From contig JBMFKQ010000033.1 of the NCBI GenBank assembly GCA_049972095.1, positions 1 to 16,813 on the forward strand: a DNA stretch of 16,813 nt. Reading direction: 5' to 3'. Positions 8,421 through 16,595 of this stretch are shown in pieces. Below the pieces are notes generated by a model. It had not been told where the DNA came from. It worked only from the letters and a program-made list of their open reading frames with translations, and made no database searches. Within the stretch, counting starts at the first letter, position 1, and every line of letters starts with the position of its first letter. This DNA is from Elusimicrobiales bacterium (GTDB lineage: Bacteria > Elusimicrobiota > Elusimicrobia > Elusimicrobiales > UBA9959). The position numbers and the translations under genes are program-made.

Positions 8421-9484
8421 TGAAAATATTTACATCAGCCATAGAAAAAGGAGCAAGCGATATACACATAATACCAGGGAAACCCCCTTATATGAGGTTA
8501 AAAGGTGAGATGATTCCAATAATTGAAAACATAATCCTTTTACCAGAACAGGCAAAGGCTTTAATTTACGGCTTGCTTTCAGATTCACAAAAAGCAAGAT
8601 TTGAAGAAAACCTTGAACTTGATTGCTCATTTGCAATAAAAGGGCTTGCAAGATTCAGACTTAATGTTTTTATGACTAAAAACGGGATTGAGGCAGTAGC
8701 AAGAATAATACCATCAAGAATTCCAACACATAAAGAGATAGGGCTTTCAGATGAGATTATCTCACTTGTTGATCAGCCAAAAGGGCTTATTCTTGTAACA
8801 GGACCAACTGGTTCAGGAAAATCAACCACACTTGCCTCGCTTATAAACATAATAAATGAGAAACACAAACTTAACATAATAACTATAGAGGATCCCATAG
8901 AATTTGTTTACGAAAGCAAAAACTCAATAATAAGACAGAGAGAAGTTGGTCAGCATACAAGATCTTTTGCAAACGCTTTAAGATCTGCATTAAGAGAAGA
9001 TCCTGATGTTATTCTTGTTGGTGAGATGAGAGATCTTGAGACAATTCAACTAACACTTACTTCCGCGGAAACAGGGCATCTTACCTTTGCAACACTTCAT
9101 ACTCAGGACGCAGCAACAACAATTGACAGAATAATCGATGTTTTCCCACCTCATCAACAACAACAGATAAGAATACAGCTTGCATCATCTCTGAAATGTG
9201 TTATATCCCAGATACTTCTCCCAAGAAAAGACGGTAAAGGGCTTGTTGCAGCAAGAGAGGTTATGTTTATGACATCTGCAATATCAAATCTAATAAGAGA
9301 AGGTAAAACTCATCTGATATACAGTGCAATAGAAACAGGTGCAAAATTCTCTATGATATCTATGGACAAATCCCTTGCGCTTCTTGTTAAAAATAACATA
9401 GTTGATATGGAAGAAGCCATTTCAAGAACAACTGATAAAGAAAACTTCAAGAAATTTCTCTACGCAGGAGGACAGATTCAATGA
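8411..9484 (+). CDS. pilT: Type IV pilus retraction ATPase PilT
   Basis: GASDIH, Walker A GPTGSGKST, Asp box TIEDPIE, ALREDPDVILVGEMRD, His box ETGHL..TLHT, AISNLIRE (AIRNLIRE-like). Confidence 0.93.
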   Translation: MEVMKIFTSAIEKGASDIHIIPGKPPYMRLKGEMIPIIENIILLPEQAKALIYGLLSDSQKARFEENLELDCSFAIKGLARFRLNVFMTKNGIEAVARIIPSRIPTHKEIGLSDEIISLVDQPKGLILVTGPTGSGKSTTLASLINIINEKHKLNIITIEDPIEFVYESKNSIIRQREVGQHTRSFANALRSALREDPDVILVGEMRDLETIQLTLTSAETGHLTFATLHTQDAATTIDRIIDVFPPHQQQQIRIQLASSLKCVISQILLPRKDGKGLVAAREVMFMTSAISNLIREGKTHLIYSAIETGAKFSMISMDKSLALLVKNNIVDMEEAISRTTDKENFKKFLYAGGQIQ

Positions 9485-10329
9485 AAAGTATAATTGAAAA
9501 AATTCTCTCAGACGAAGAACTAAGCAAACTTATAGAACTAAAAAAAATACAGGAAGGTGAAATAATATTCAATGAGGGGGATGACTCACATTCAATTTTT
9601 TTTATACTGGATGGAACTGTTACAGTTGAAAAATCAATAAACGAAAGCTATAGTGAGTTCAAGGAGCTTGCATATATTCAAGCTCCTTCTTTTATAGGTG
9701 AAATAGCCCTTTTTGAGGACCTTAAGAGAACAGCAAGGGCAAGAGCAAAAACACAGTGCAAAGTTGCTGAGCTTTCAAAGGAAAACTTTAATAAAATCCT
9801 TGAAAAGAACCCTACACGAGCAATCGAAATCCTCTTTAATATATCAAAAACACTTGCATTAAGGCTTGCACACACATCAAAGGAACTGACACTTCTCTAT
9901 GATATATCAAAGTATTTATCTGAAAGCTATACTGACGAAAAAGAGTTTCTGAAAAACATATTCAATGAGATAAAAATGTATTTTTCAGAATGTGAGGTAG
10001 AGGTTTATTACTATAACATATTTAATGAAGAATTTGAAAAGATATTTGAGCTTGATAGATCCAAAGATTTTGAGCTTGATATCAAAACCACAAATTCATC
10101 GAGATGGTTAGACAGGCAAAGATACATAGCTATAATAAAGGATGATAAAAATACTCAAGCAGCTGCGGTATTCATATTTCACAGAGAAATCTCACAACAC
10201 CAGATCAATGATTACACAACAATATTTAATACAATATCTTATATAGTATCTGCTGGACTCAAAGGAACTGCAAGAAATAAAGAGATGATCTTAATAGAAA
10301 GGCTTAAAAGGAAGAAAGGCGAATTATGA
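9481..10329 (+). CDS. Cyclic nucleotide-binding domain protein with C-terminal GAF-like region
   Basis: GEIIFNEGD..SIFFILDG, FIGEIALF...RTARARA phosphate-binding cassette; ELTLLYDISKYLS resembles a GAF entry helix; no CRP HTH recognised. Confidence 0.8.
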   Translation: MKSIIEKILSDEELSKLIELKKIQEGEIIFNEGDDSHSIFFILDGTVTVEKSINESYSEFKELAYIQAPSFIGEIALFEDLKRTARARAKTQCKVAELSKENFNKILEKNPTRAIEILFNISKTLALRLAHTSKELTLLYDISKYLSESYTDEKEFLKNIFNEIKMYFSECEVEVYYYNIFNEEFEKIFELDRSKDFELDIKTTNSSRWLDRQRYIAIIKDDKNTQAAAVFIFHREISQHQINDYTTIFNTISYIVSAGLKGTARNKEMILIERLKRKKGEL

Positions 10330-10715
10330 AAGATAAAAGATACTATAGAAAACTTGCGATTGAAGCAGCAAGGATAATAAACTCTAAAAAGGGTGAAAAC
10401 ATTGTTATCTTTGATGTAGAATCTAAAACTGGACTTTTTTTCTACGCTATTATAACAACGGCATTATCAGAACCACACATTAATGCAATAGAAGAGGAGA
10501 TAGTAAAAAAATTTAAAAGAGAGTTTAATGAATATCTAATTCATAGAGATGGCATAGAATCAAAACAATGGAAGGTTCTTGACTATGGTGGTATTGTTAT
10601 TCATATAATGGACAGTAGCTCAAGAGATTTTTATGCTATAGATAGAATATACTTTGACTCAAAAGTTATTTCGTGGAAGCCCAAAAAAAGGATCAAAACA
10701 AAAAGTAAAAAATGA
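10326..10715 (+). CDS. rsfS: Ribosome silencing factor RsfS
   Basis: KKGENIVIFDV, IITTA.S..H..AI, DG....WKVLDYGGIVIHIM....RDFYAIDRIY. Confidence 0.92.
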   Translation: MKDKRYYRKLAIEAARIINSKKGENIVIFDVESKTGLFFYAIITTALSEPHINAIEEEIVKKFKREFNEYLIHRDGIESKQWKVLDYGGIVIHIMDSSSRDFYAIDRIYFDSKVISWKPKKRIKTKSKK

Positions 10716-12313
10716 GACCATCAATTATCCAGTCTGAAATAAGAGAGATTATCAAAAAGGAATTTGGCTTGCTGGCAGAGTTATTTACAATTGTCCCCCC
10801 ACCGTCTTATGTAAAATATGATGCTGCCACAAATTTTGCAATGATATGCGCAAAAAGGTTATCAAAAAAACCAGATGAGATTGCAAAAAAACTTATTGAG
10901 ATACTCAAGTCAAATGGGTTTAATGCAGAGTTCATTTCAGGTTTTGTAAATATAGAATTTCCCTTAGATATATATATAAGACACATAAAAAAGATCTTGA
11001 GCTGTGAAAAACCATTCTTTAAAGAAGAAAACTCTAAAGAAAAAATAAATATAGAGTTTGTATCTGCAAACCCAACAGGGCCACTTCATCTTGCATCAGC
11101 AAGCGGCGCTGCTCTTGGTGATTCTCTTGCTAAGATATTTTCAGAGCTTGGATACTCTGTCAGCAAGGAATACTATGTAAATGATTGTGGCAGACAAGTA
11201 AGACTTCTTGGAGAGTCACTGCTTTCAAGGTATTTAGGGAAAGAGCCACCAGAGGATGGTTATCATGGAGAATATCTCATAGAAATAGCCTTACTTCTTC
11301 CACCTCAAGCAAAAAACTGGGCTGCAAATAATGATGTAGAAAAATTCTCAAAATTTGCAATAGATTTAATAGTAAAACAACAGAAAGAGGATCTTGAAAG
11401 ATTTGGTGTTAAATTTGATAGATGGTTTTACGAATCTGAACTTTATGAAGAAAAACTTCCAGAAAAGGTACTTGAAATTCTTAAAGAAAAAGGGGCTGTT
11501 GAGCAAAAAAATGGTGCTTTATGGCTTAAAACAGGAGATGAAAAAGACAAAGAGAGGGTCTTAAAAAGATCAGATGGAACAAACACATATTTTCTAAATG
11601 ACCTTGCTTATCACTGGACAAAGTTTAAAAGAGGTTTCACAAGAATAATAGATATATGGGGGGCTGATCATCATGGATATATATCAAGGATGAAGGCAGG
11701 TATAGGTTTTTTAGGTTTTGATGAGTCAAAATTCACTGTTGTAATACATCAGCTCGTATCAATAAAAAAAGAAGGCGAAATACTCAAGATGTCAAAAAGA
11801 GCAGGAAAATTTTACACGCTCAGACAACTCATAGAAGAAACATCAAGCGATGCAGTAAGATTTTTCTTCACAATGAGAAGTCCAAATACACATCTTGTTT
11901 TTGACACAGATCTTGCTAAAAAGCAGTCAGACGAAAACCCTCTTTATTATGTTCAATACGCTCATGCAAGAATATCATCAATAATAAAAAATGCTTACCA
12001 GAAAAAAATTGACCTTTCAAAAGAGAATTTTGATGGGTATGTATTAAATGACGATGATAGAAGAATACTCAAAAGGATATTCTGGTTTGAGAAGGTGATT
12101 GAAGAGTGTGAAAAAGAGTTGACACCACATCACATAACCCTATATCTCATAGATACTGCAAAGGATTTCCACTCATACTATGAAAAAAATAGGGTTATAG
12201 ATGAAAACAAACCAGATCAAACCGCAGCAAGGATATTTATACTCAAAGGGCTTAAAGCTGTTATAAAGAAAGGGCTTGATATAATAGGCGTCAGTGCTCC
12301 TGAATTAATGTAA
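10712..12313 (+). CDS. argS: Arginine--tRNA ligase
   Basis: IEFVSANPTGPLH, EYYVND.GRQ, DLAYH, WGADHHGY, KMSKRAG, ENPLYYVQYAHAR, FHSYY, GVSAPELM. Confidence 0.96.
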   Translation: MRPSIIQSEIREIIKKEFGLLAELFTIVPPPSYVKYDAATNFAMICAKRLSKKPDEIAKKLIEILKSNGFNAEFISGFVNIEFPLDIYIRHIKKILSCEKPFFKEENSKEKINIEFVSANPTGPLHLASASGAALGDSLAKIFSELGYSVSKEYYVNDCGRQVRLLGESLLSRYLGKEPPEDGYHGEYLIEIALLLPPQAKNWAANNDVEKFSKFAIDLIVKQQKEDLERFGVKFDRWFYESELYEEKLPEKVLEILKEKGAVEQKNGALWLKTGDEKDKERVLKRSDGTNTYFLNDLAYHWTKFKRGFTRIIDIWGADHHGYISRMKAGIGFLGFDESKFTVVIHQLVSIKKEGEILKMSKRAGKFYTLRQLIEETSSDAVRFFFTMRSPNTHLVFDTDLAKKQSDENPLYYVQYAHARISSIIKNAYQKKIDLSKENFDGYVLNDDDRRILKRIFWFEKVIEECEKELTPHHITLYLIDTAKDFHSYYEKNRVIDENKPDQTAARIFILKGLKAVIKKGLDIIGVSAPELM

Positions 12314-12784
12314 TATCTTTAACCTTTTCTCGCACTTAAAAGCAAGAATAAAAAAGAGATCAGACAATCTGTTAAGATATATTGCAGATTCTTTTTTCTT
12401 TAAACTCCATGCATATATCTCACATATTCTTATCTTTGCTCTTATAAGATTTAGAAGAGATGATATCTCATTCCTGTGAAAAAAAACAAACTCCTTAACA
12501 TTAATATCGCCGTTAAGTTTTATAAACTCATCCACCATCCCAATAAATCTCCCAAAATCGCTTATCCTCCATCCGGCATTCACTGACATAACAGCCGAGT
12601 TTGCCTTCTGTATTTCCGATAGAAATGAAAGTTTTTTTTCCTTTACTACAACAATAGAAATCAAGCCATTGATCTCATCAATCAATGCATTTAGAAGCAC
12701 AAGTATGGAATCCTTCCTTATTCTTTTGCCAAAAATATCAGTAAAACCATTATCCCCTTCTCCAATTTTAGTCTTATATCTCAT
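12305..12784 (-). CDS. PduO/MMAB-type ATP:cob(I)alamin adenosyltransferase (short, divergent)
   Basis: GEGDNGFTD..G.RIRKDS, IDEING, R..IR.CE, YLNRLSDLFFILA; ATG at 12784 lies 1 nt after the OPT stop codon. Confidence 0.8.
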   Translation of the reverse strand: MRYKTKIGEGDNGFTDIFGKRIRKDSILVLLNALIDEINGLISIVVVKEKKLSFLSEIQKANSAVMSVNAGWRISDFGRFIGMVDEFIKLNGDINVKEFVFFHRNEISSLLNLIRAKIRICEIYAWSLKKKESAIYLNRLSDLFFILAFKCEKRLKILH

Positions 12785-12785
12785 A

Positions 12786-14666
12786 CTACTTAATAAGTTC
12801 AATAAGAACCGTTATTAAGGGCATAAGCAGAGAGCCAACCATCGCCTCGCCTGCAATAAGTCCGGAAGCCATTGGTGTTGCACAAAGTTCAAATGAGCCA
12901 TTTTCCCCTGGAGAAAGTTTTCTCCATGTAAAAGCAAACATGCTACCTGCTGCAATGGCGAGGTTAAGAGATGCTGGAAGTATTAAGGCAAAGCCAAGTG
13001 CAGCTGGTATTGGAACCCACCAGAACCTTGTAACCTCATGCCCCTCTTTATCCTTCTTCTTAAAAGAAAGTAGAATTTCAAACGCAATACCTATAAATAT
13101 AGCCCATATAGATGCCTTTAAAGCACCATAGGGAAGGTAAGAAAGTCCCTTTTCCATAACTATGGCAAGTGTTGCAATCTTAAGTCCAGTTGGTGCTGAA
13201 AGCTGACCAGGATTTAAACCTATACCGTATGTTTTCTCAAGTATATTAAACATTATTGGAGTAAGAATAGCCCCTATTGGAACAACAAGAAGCTGTGCAA
13301 TAATTAAGGTTTTAAATTTCCCCCCAAGTCTTTGTGCCACCCAGAAAGATGGAATGACATTTTCACTTGTAGCCTGAGGGTTTGCACTTATGTATGCAGC
13401 AGTAAGATTTGAACGTATCTGACTTGGCCATAGTATCCCATAGAGAAACTGAGTAGCATTTGCCATAAGAGATACAGGACCGGAACCTGTAATTCCAAGG
13501 ACCCTCAACCCTGCAACTATAAGAACAGGCTGTATTGCAACTGCAAGAAGAACCTCAGCCCATGGCATTGAAAACCATTCACTTGTCATCCACACAAGAA
13601 AAATAACACTTATAGCAACGCCAACCCACACCCACCAGCCAGGAACATGCTCATCAGCAAGAGATTTAAAATCATCATGATCTTCCTTGCTTATTCTTCT
13701 TTTCCTACCAAAGATATGTTTAAAAACTGGTATAGCCACACTTGTAAGCGCTGCTGCTATCATCATAGCAGTTGCAGGCCACATCATCCATTGAACCACA
13801 TATTTAAAATGTGATGATGATGTAACAAACTCAGCTGCCTTTCCACAGCTTGAGTTAAGAAAATCAAAAGCCTTTGTTTTATCAACACCTTCAAGTGATG
13901 CATAACTATTTATCACATCAAGACACCTCGAAAAATTTTCGCTGCTTACACCAGAAAGTGCAGCATACCTTGCAACGGTATCACCAAATATATTAACAAG
14001 CCAGCTGCCAAGAAGTCCAGAAAGTCCAACTGAAAGAGGCACAAGCATGCCAATACCAAAGGCTGCAAACTCAGGTCCAAAAGCAATGTTAAGAGATTGA
14101 TTTGCAACAATCGGCTGAATCACTCCAAATCCATCTCTCAAAAAAGTAAGAAAACCTGAGCCGGCAGTTGTAAGCATCAAAACATTTCTTTTTTTTCTGT
14201 TAACAACACCTGCCTCAGGATCAGAAAGTGTTTTTGCGACAATAAGTGTTGCTTTACTTGCAGGCCATGGAAGGGTTTTATCCTTAAGTATGGATCTTCT
14301 TGGAAATATCCCCATAAATATTCCAAGATTTGCAGAGACAACCAACCATAAAAACATCTGAAGTGTAGATAGATTAAATGATATGTCCCTTTGAAATATG
14401 GTTTGAATGTAATAGAATGCTGAAAGTATAACTACCATAAATGCAATTCCGGATACAAGCCCTATCATTGTTTGTGTAATGTTCAGTTGAATAGCAAGTT
14501 CTTTTGATGACATCTTATGTGCAAACAGATATGCAACTAAAAACATACCGGCAATAGTAAGATCAACGCTTTGCCCAAGTTTCAATGTAACATAGGGCGT
14601 TGCTGCAGAGGCAATAGCACAAAGGATAAAGGATACAAACATTACCTTCCAGTTAAAATCTTTCAT
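12786..14666 (-). CDS. OPT/YSL family oligopeptide or metal-chelate transporter
   Basis: Many TM helices; YVTLKLG, NITQT, LPWPAS.AT, L.APTG, ASGLIAGEAM; TAAGGAG SD upstream. Confidence 0.85.
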   Translation of the reverse strand: MKDFNWKVMFVSFILCAIASAATPYVTLKLGQSVDLTIAGMFLVAYLFAHKMSSKELAIQLNITQTMIGLVSGIAFMVVILSAFYYIQTIFQRDISFNLSTLQMFLWLVVSANLGIFMGIFPRRSILKDKTLPWPASKATLIVAKTLSDPEAGVVNRKKRNVLMLTTAGSGFLTFLRDGFGVIQPIVANQSLNIAFGPEFAAFGIGMLVPLSVGLSGLLGSWLVNIFGDTVARYAALSGVSSENFSRCLDVINSYASLEGVDKTKAFDFLNSSCGKAAEFVTSSSHFKYVVQWMMWPATAMMIAAALTSVAIPVFKHIFGRKRRISKEDHDDFKSLADEHVPGWWVWVGVAISVIFLVWMTSEWFSMPWAEVLLAVAIQPVLIVAGLRVLGITGSGPVSLMANATQFLYGILWPSQIRSNLTAAYISANPQATSENVIPSFWVAQRLGGKFKTLIIAQLLVVPIGAILTPIMFNILEKTYGIGLNPGQLSAPTGLKIATLAIVMEKGLSYLPYGALKASIWAIFIGIAFEILLSFKKKDKEGHEVTRFWWVPIPAALGFALILPASLNLAIAAGSMFAFTWRKLSPGENGSFELCATPMASGLIAGEAMVGSLLMPLITVLIELIK

Positions 14667-14777
14667 ATCATCTCCTTATACATTAGTATCTGACATAAAT
14701 AAATGATACAAAAGAATTGTGTTTTTTAAAAATATCTTCAAATACTTTGCCCATCAAGATGCATCATACAGTTCAGA

Positions 14778-14806
14778 TGTTATAATTTATTGTGATATGC
14801 TATCAT
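14778..14806 (+). promoter_or_regulatory. Extended -10 promoter(s) for rmuC
   Basis: TGTTATAAT (14778-14786) and TGCTATCAT (14798-14806); GGAGG SD at 14831-14835. Confidence 0.5.
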
Positions 14807-14839
14807 TTAATAATAAGAGTTAGCTAATTTGGAGGCTTT

Positions 14840-16060
14840 ATGTCAGCATTTCTTTTAACAATTATAATTCTATTGTTAGCAGTAATTATCTTTTATGTAG
14901 TTGTCTCTACAAAAAACAAAGAAAAGGAGTTAGAAAAAATAAAAGAAAGCATATCCTCACTCATACAGACTATACTTAGCGAAAACTCAAGAATAAGAAC
15001 AGAGATATCATCTTCACTTAACTCATCAATACAAAGCCTTACCTCAACAATAACACAACTTACAGATATAAATCTACAAAAACTTTCTGAAATAAACCAG
15101 ACACTTAACAGAGAACTCAAATACCTTGAGGAAAAGAACGAAAAGAAACTTGAGGAGATGAGAATCATTGTTGATGAAAAACTACATTCAACACTTGAAA
15201 AAAGACTTTCAGAGTCATTTAGCCTTGTTTCTAAGCAACTTGAAAGCGTTTATAAAGGAATAGGGGATATGCAGAGACTTGCCTCAGATGTCGGAGATCT
15301 TAAAAGGGTTTTGACAAATGTAAAACAGCGTGGGATCTTTGGAGAACTTCAGCTTGAAAAACTCCTTGAAGATATTATGACAAAAGAACAATATATAAAA
15401 AACGCAGCTATTAAAGAAGGAAACTTTGTAGAGTTTGCTATAAAAATACCATCAGGGGCAGAAGATGAAAAATACATTCTTCTTCCAATAGATTCAAAAT
15501 ATCCGCAGCAGGACTATGAAAGAATACTTGATGCTCAAGAAAAAGCAGATACAGATGCTTTAAGCAAAGCAGTTAAAATGCTCGAAGCAAGGATATTGAC
15601 TGAATCAAAAGATATGCATAACAAATATATAAATCCACCACAGACAACAGATTTTGCTATTATGTTTCTTCCTGTTGAGGGGCTTTTTGCTGAGGTGCTT
15701 AGAATTGCTGGTCTTTTTGAAAGGGTAAGAAAAGAATATGGAGTTATAATAACAGGACCTACAACCATAACTGCAATACTTAACAGCCTGCAGATGGGAT
15801 TTAGGACTCTTGCTATAGAAAAAAAATCTCATGAGGTATGGAAAATTCTTGCTGCTGTAAAAACTGAATTTGTAAAATTTGGAGAATACCTTTCAAAAAC
15901 AAGGAAAAAACTTGAGGATGCTGCAAACGAGATAGAAAGAGCAGAAAAAAGAACCTCTATAATAGGTAAAAAACTCAAAAGTGTAGAAACAATATCTACA
16001 GAAGAGTCAAAAATTATACTTGAATTAGACAATGACGAGAAAGAAATAAATGATAATTAG
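14840..16060 (+). CDS. rmuC: DNA recombination protein RmuC
   Basis: N-terminal TM helix, coiled coil, VDEKL..TL..RL..SF, KQRGIFGELQL, IDSKYP, DFAIMFLPVEGLF, GPTT..AILNSLQMGF. Confidence 0.93.
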   Translation: MSAFLLTIIILLLAVIIFYVVVSTKNKEKELEKIKESISSLIQTILSENSRIRTEISSSLNSSIQSLTSTITQLTDINLQKLSEINQTLNRELKYLEEKNEKKLEEMRIIVDEKLHSTLEKRLSESFSLVSKQLESVYKGIGDMQRLASDVGDLKRVLTNVKQRGIFGELQLEKLLEDIMTKEQYIKNAAIKEGNFVEFAIKIPSGAEDEKYILLPIDSKYPQQDYERILDAQEKADTDALSKAVKMLEARILTESKDMHNKYINPPQTTDFAIMFLPVEGLFAEVLRIAGLFERVRKEYGVIITGPTTITAILNSLQMGFRTLAIEKKSHEVWKILAAVKTEFVKFGEYLSKTRKKLEDAANEIERAEKRTSIIGKKLKSVETISTEESKIILELDNDEKEINDN

Positions 16061-16149
16061 AATTAAATTTTGAAAATCTTAAAATCTTTTATTCAAAGGA
16101 GCTTGCCACTTTTAAATCCACATAAGGAAATAAAAATCCTTTTGGAGTT

Positions 16150-16169
16150 TGAGGGGCATAGCCCTCTCA
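16150..16169 (+). other. GC-rich hairpin downstream of rmuC (terminator-like or REP-like)
   Basis: TGAGGGGC-ATA-GCCCTCTCA with one bulged base; no clean U-tract follows. Confidence 0.4.
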
Positions 16170-16217
16170 CTTAGTATCATTAATAAGCCTTAACAAACTA
16201 ATGATTTAGCTGTCTAA

Positions 16218-16290
16218 TCCAATATTCAACATCTAACATTCAAAATTTAACATCATCTTACTTTTCACCTTTCTCCTTTTATCTTTCATC
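16218..16290 (+). repeat. Degenerate heptamer array, copy 2
   Basis: tccaata ttcaaca tctaaca ttcaaaa tttaaca (16218-16252), then tcttact tttcacc tttctcc ttttatc tttcatc (16256-16290). Confidence 0.7.
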
Positions 16291-16345
16291 AATTAAAATC
16301 AGATAAAACTTATAAAATTTGTAAAATTAAATTTATCCATTTCTG

Positions 16346-16432
16346 GGAGGGATGGCTGAGCGGTTGAAAGCGCCGGTCTCGAAAACCGGTGTCCGAGTAA
16401 TCGGACCGTGGGTTCGAATCCCACTCCCTCCG
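16346..16432 (+). tRNA. tRNA-Ser(CGA), 3' CCA not encoded
   Basis: Acceptor GGAGGGA/TCCCTCC with discriminator G; anticodon stem CCGGT/ACCGG, loop CTCGAAA (CGA at 16380-16382); long variable arm GTCCGA-GTAA-TCGGAC; T-arm GTGGG-TTCGAAT-CCCAC. Confidence 0.97.
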
Positions 16433-16433
16433 T

Positions 16434-16549
16434 GCTTTGCTGAGAAATGCGAAAGCATTTCGTGGGATTCGAAAAGCCCTCAAGCAAAACATATGCAATT
16501 CAGTTTTGCGAGGGGGGACTTGCGAAAAATTTTGCGGTGAGCAAAGTTT
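16434..16549 (+). ncRNA. Putative structured tRNA-trailer element with an anti-T-arm segment
   Basis: Hairpins at 16444-16461, 16477-16514 and 16527-16549; 16462-16473 is the reverse complement of tRNA 16413-16424. Confidence 0.5.
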
Positions 16550-16595
16550 ATAATTCAAAATTTAAAATTTCACCTCTCACCTTTCACGTTTCAAA
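16547..16595 (+). repeat. Degenerate heptamer array, copy 3
   Basis: tttataa ttcaaaa tttaaaa tttcacc tctcacc tttcacg tttcaaa, all in phase. Confidence 0.7.

Noticed and set aside
10045..10081. 13-bp direct repeat TTTGAGCTTGATA at 24-bp spacing
   Set aside because: In-frame FELD duplication, explainable as a small coding duplication or codon bias
12785..12802. Upstream start for the PduO-like ORF given in the ORF track (12802)
   Set aside because: ATG at 12784 fits the family N-terminus and coupling to the OPT stop better
14667..14839. Cobalamin riboswitch upstream of OPT-PduO
   Set aside because: Region is very AT-rich with no B12-box or conserved GGGAA/GCCACTG elements
6955..16032. Short antisense ORFs inside nadD, pilT, the cNMP gene, OPT and rmuC
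   Set aside because: Shadow ORFs of real genes with no family signal
16303..16329. Three RTAAAAYTW 9-mers upstream of the tRNA
   Set aside because: Low-complexity A/T sequence, probably part of the tRNA promoter; indistinguishable from background
16299..16558. ORFs 16299-16487, 16310-16558 and 16352-16540
   Set aside because: They overlap the tRNA; peptides such as MAERLKAPVSKTG and EGVGFEPT are typical tRNA mistranslations
16218..16595. CRISPR array
   Set aside because: Repeats are degenerate tandem 7-mers without spacers, and no cas genes are present
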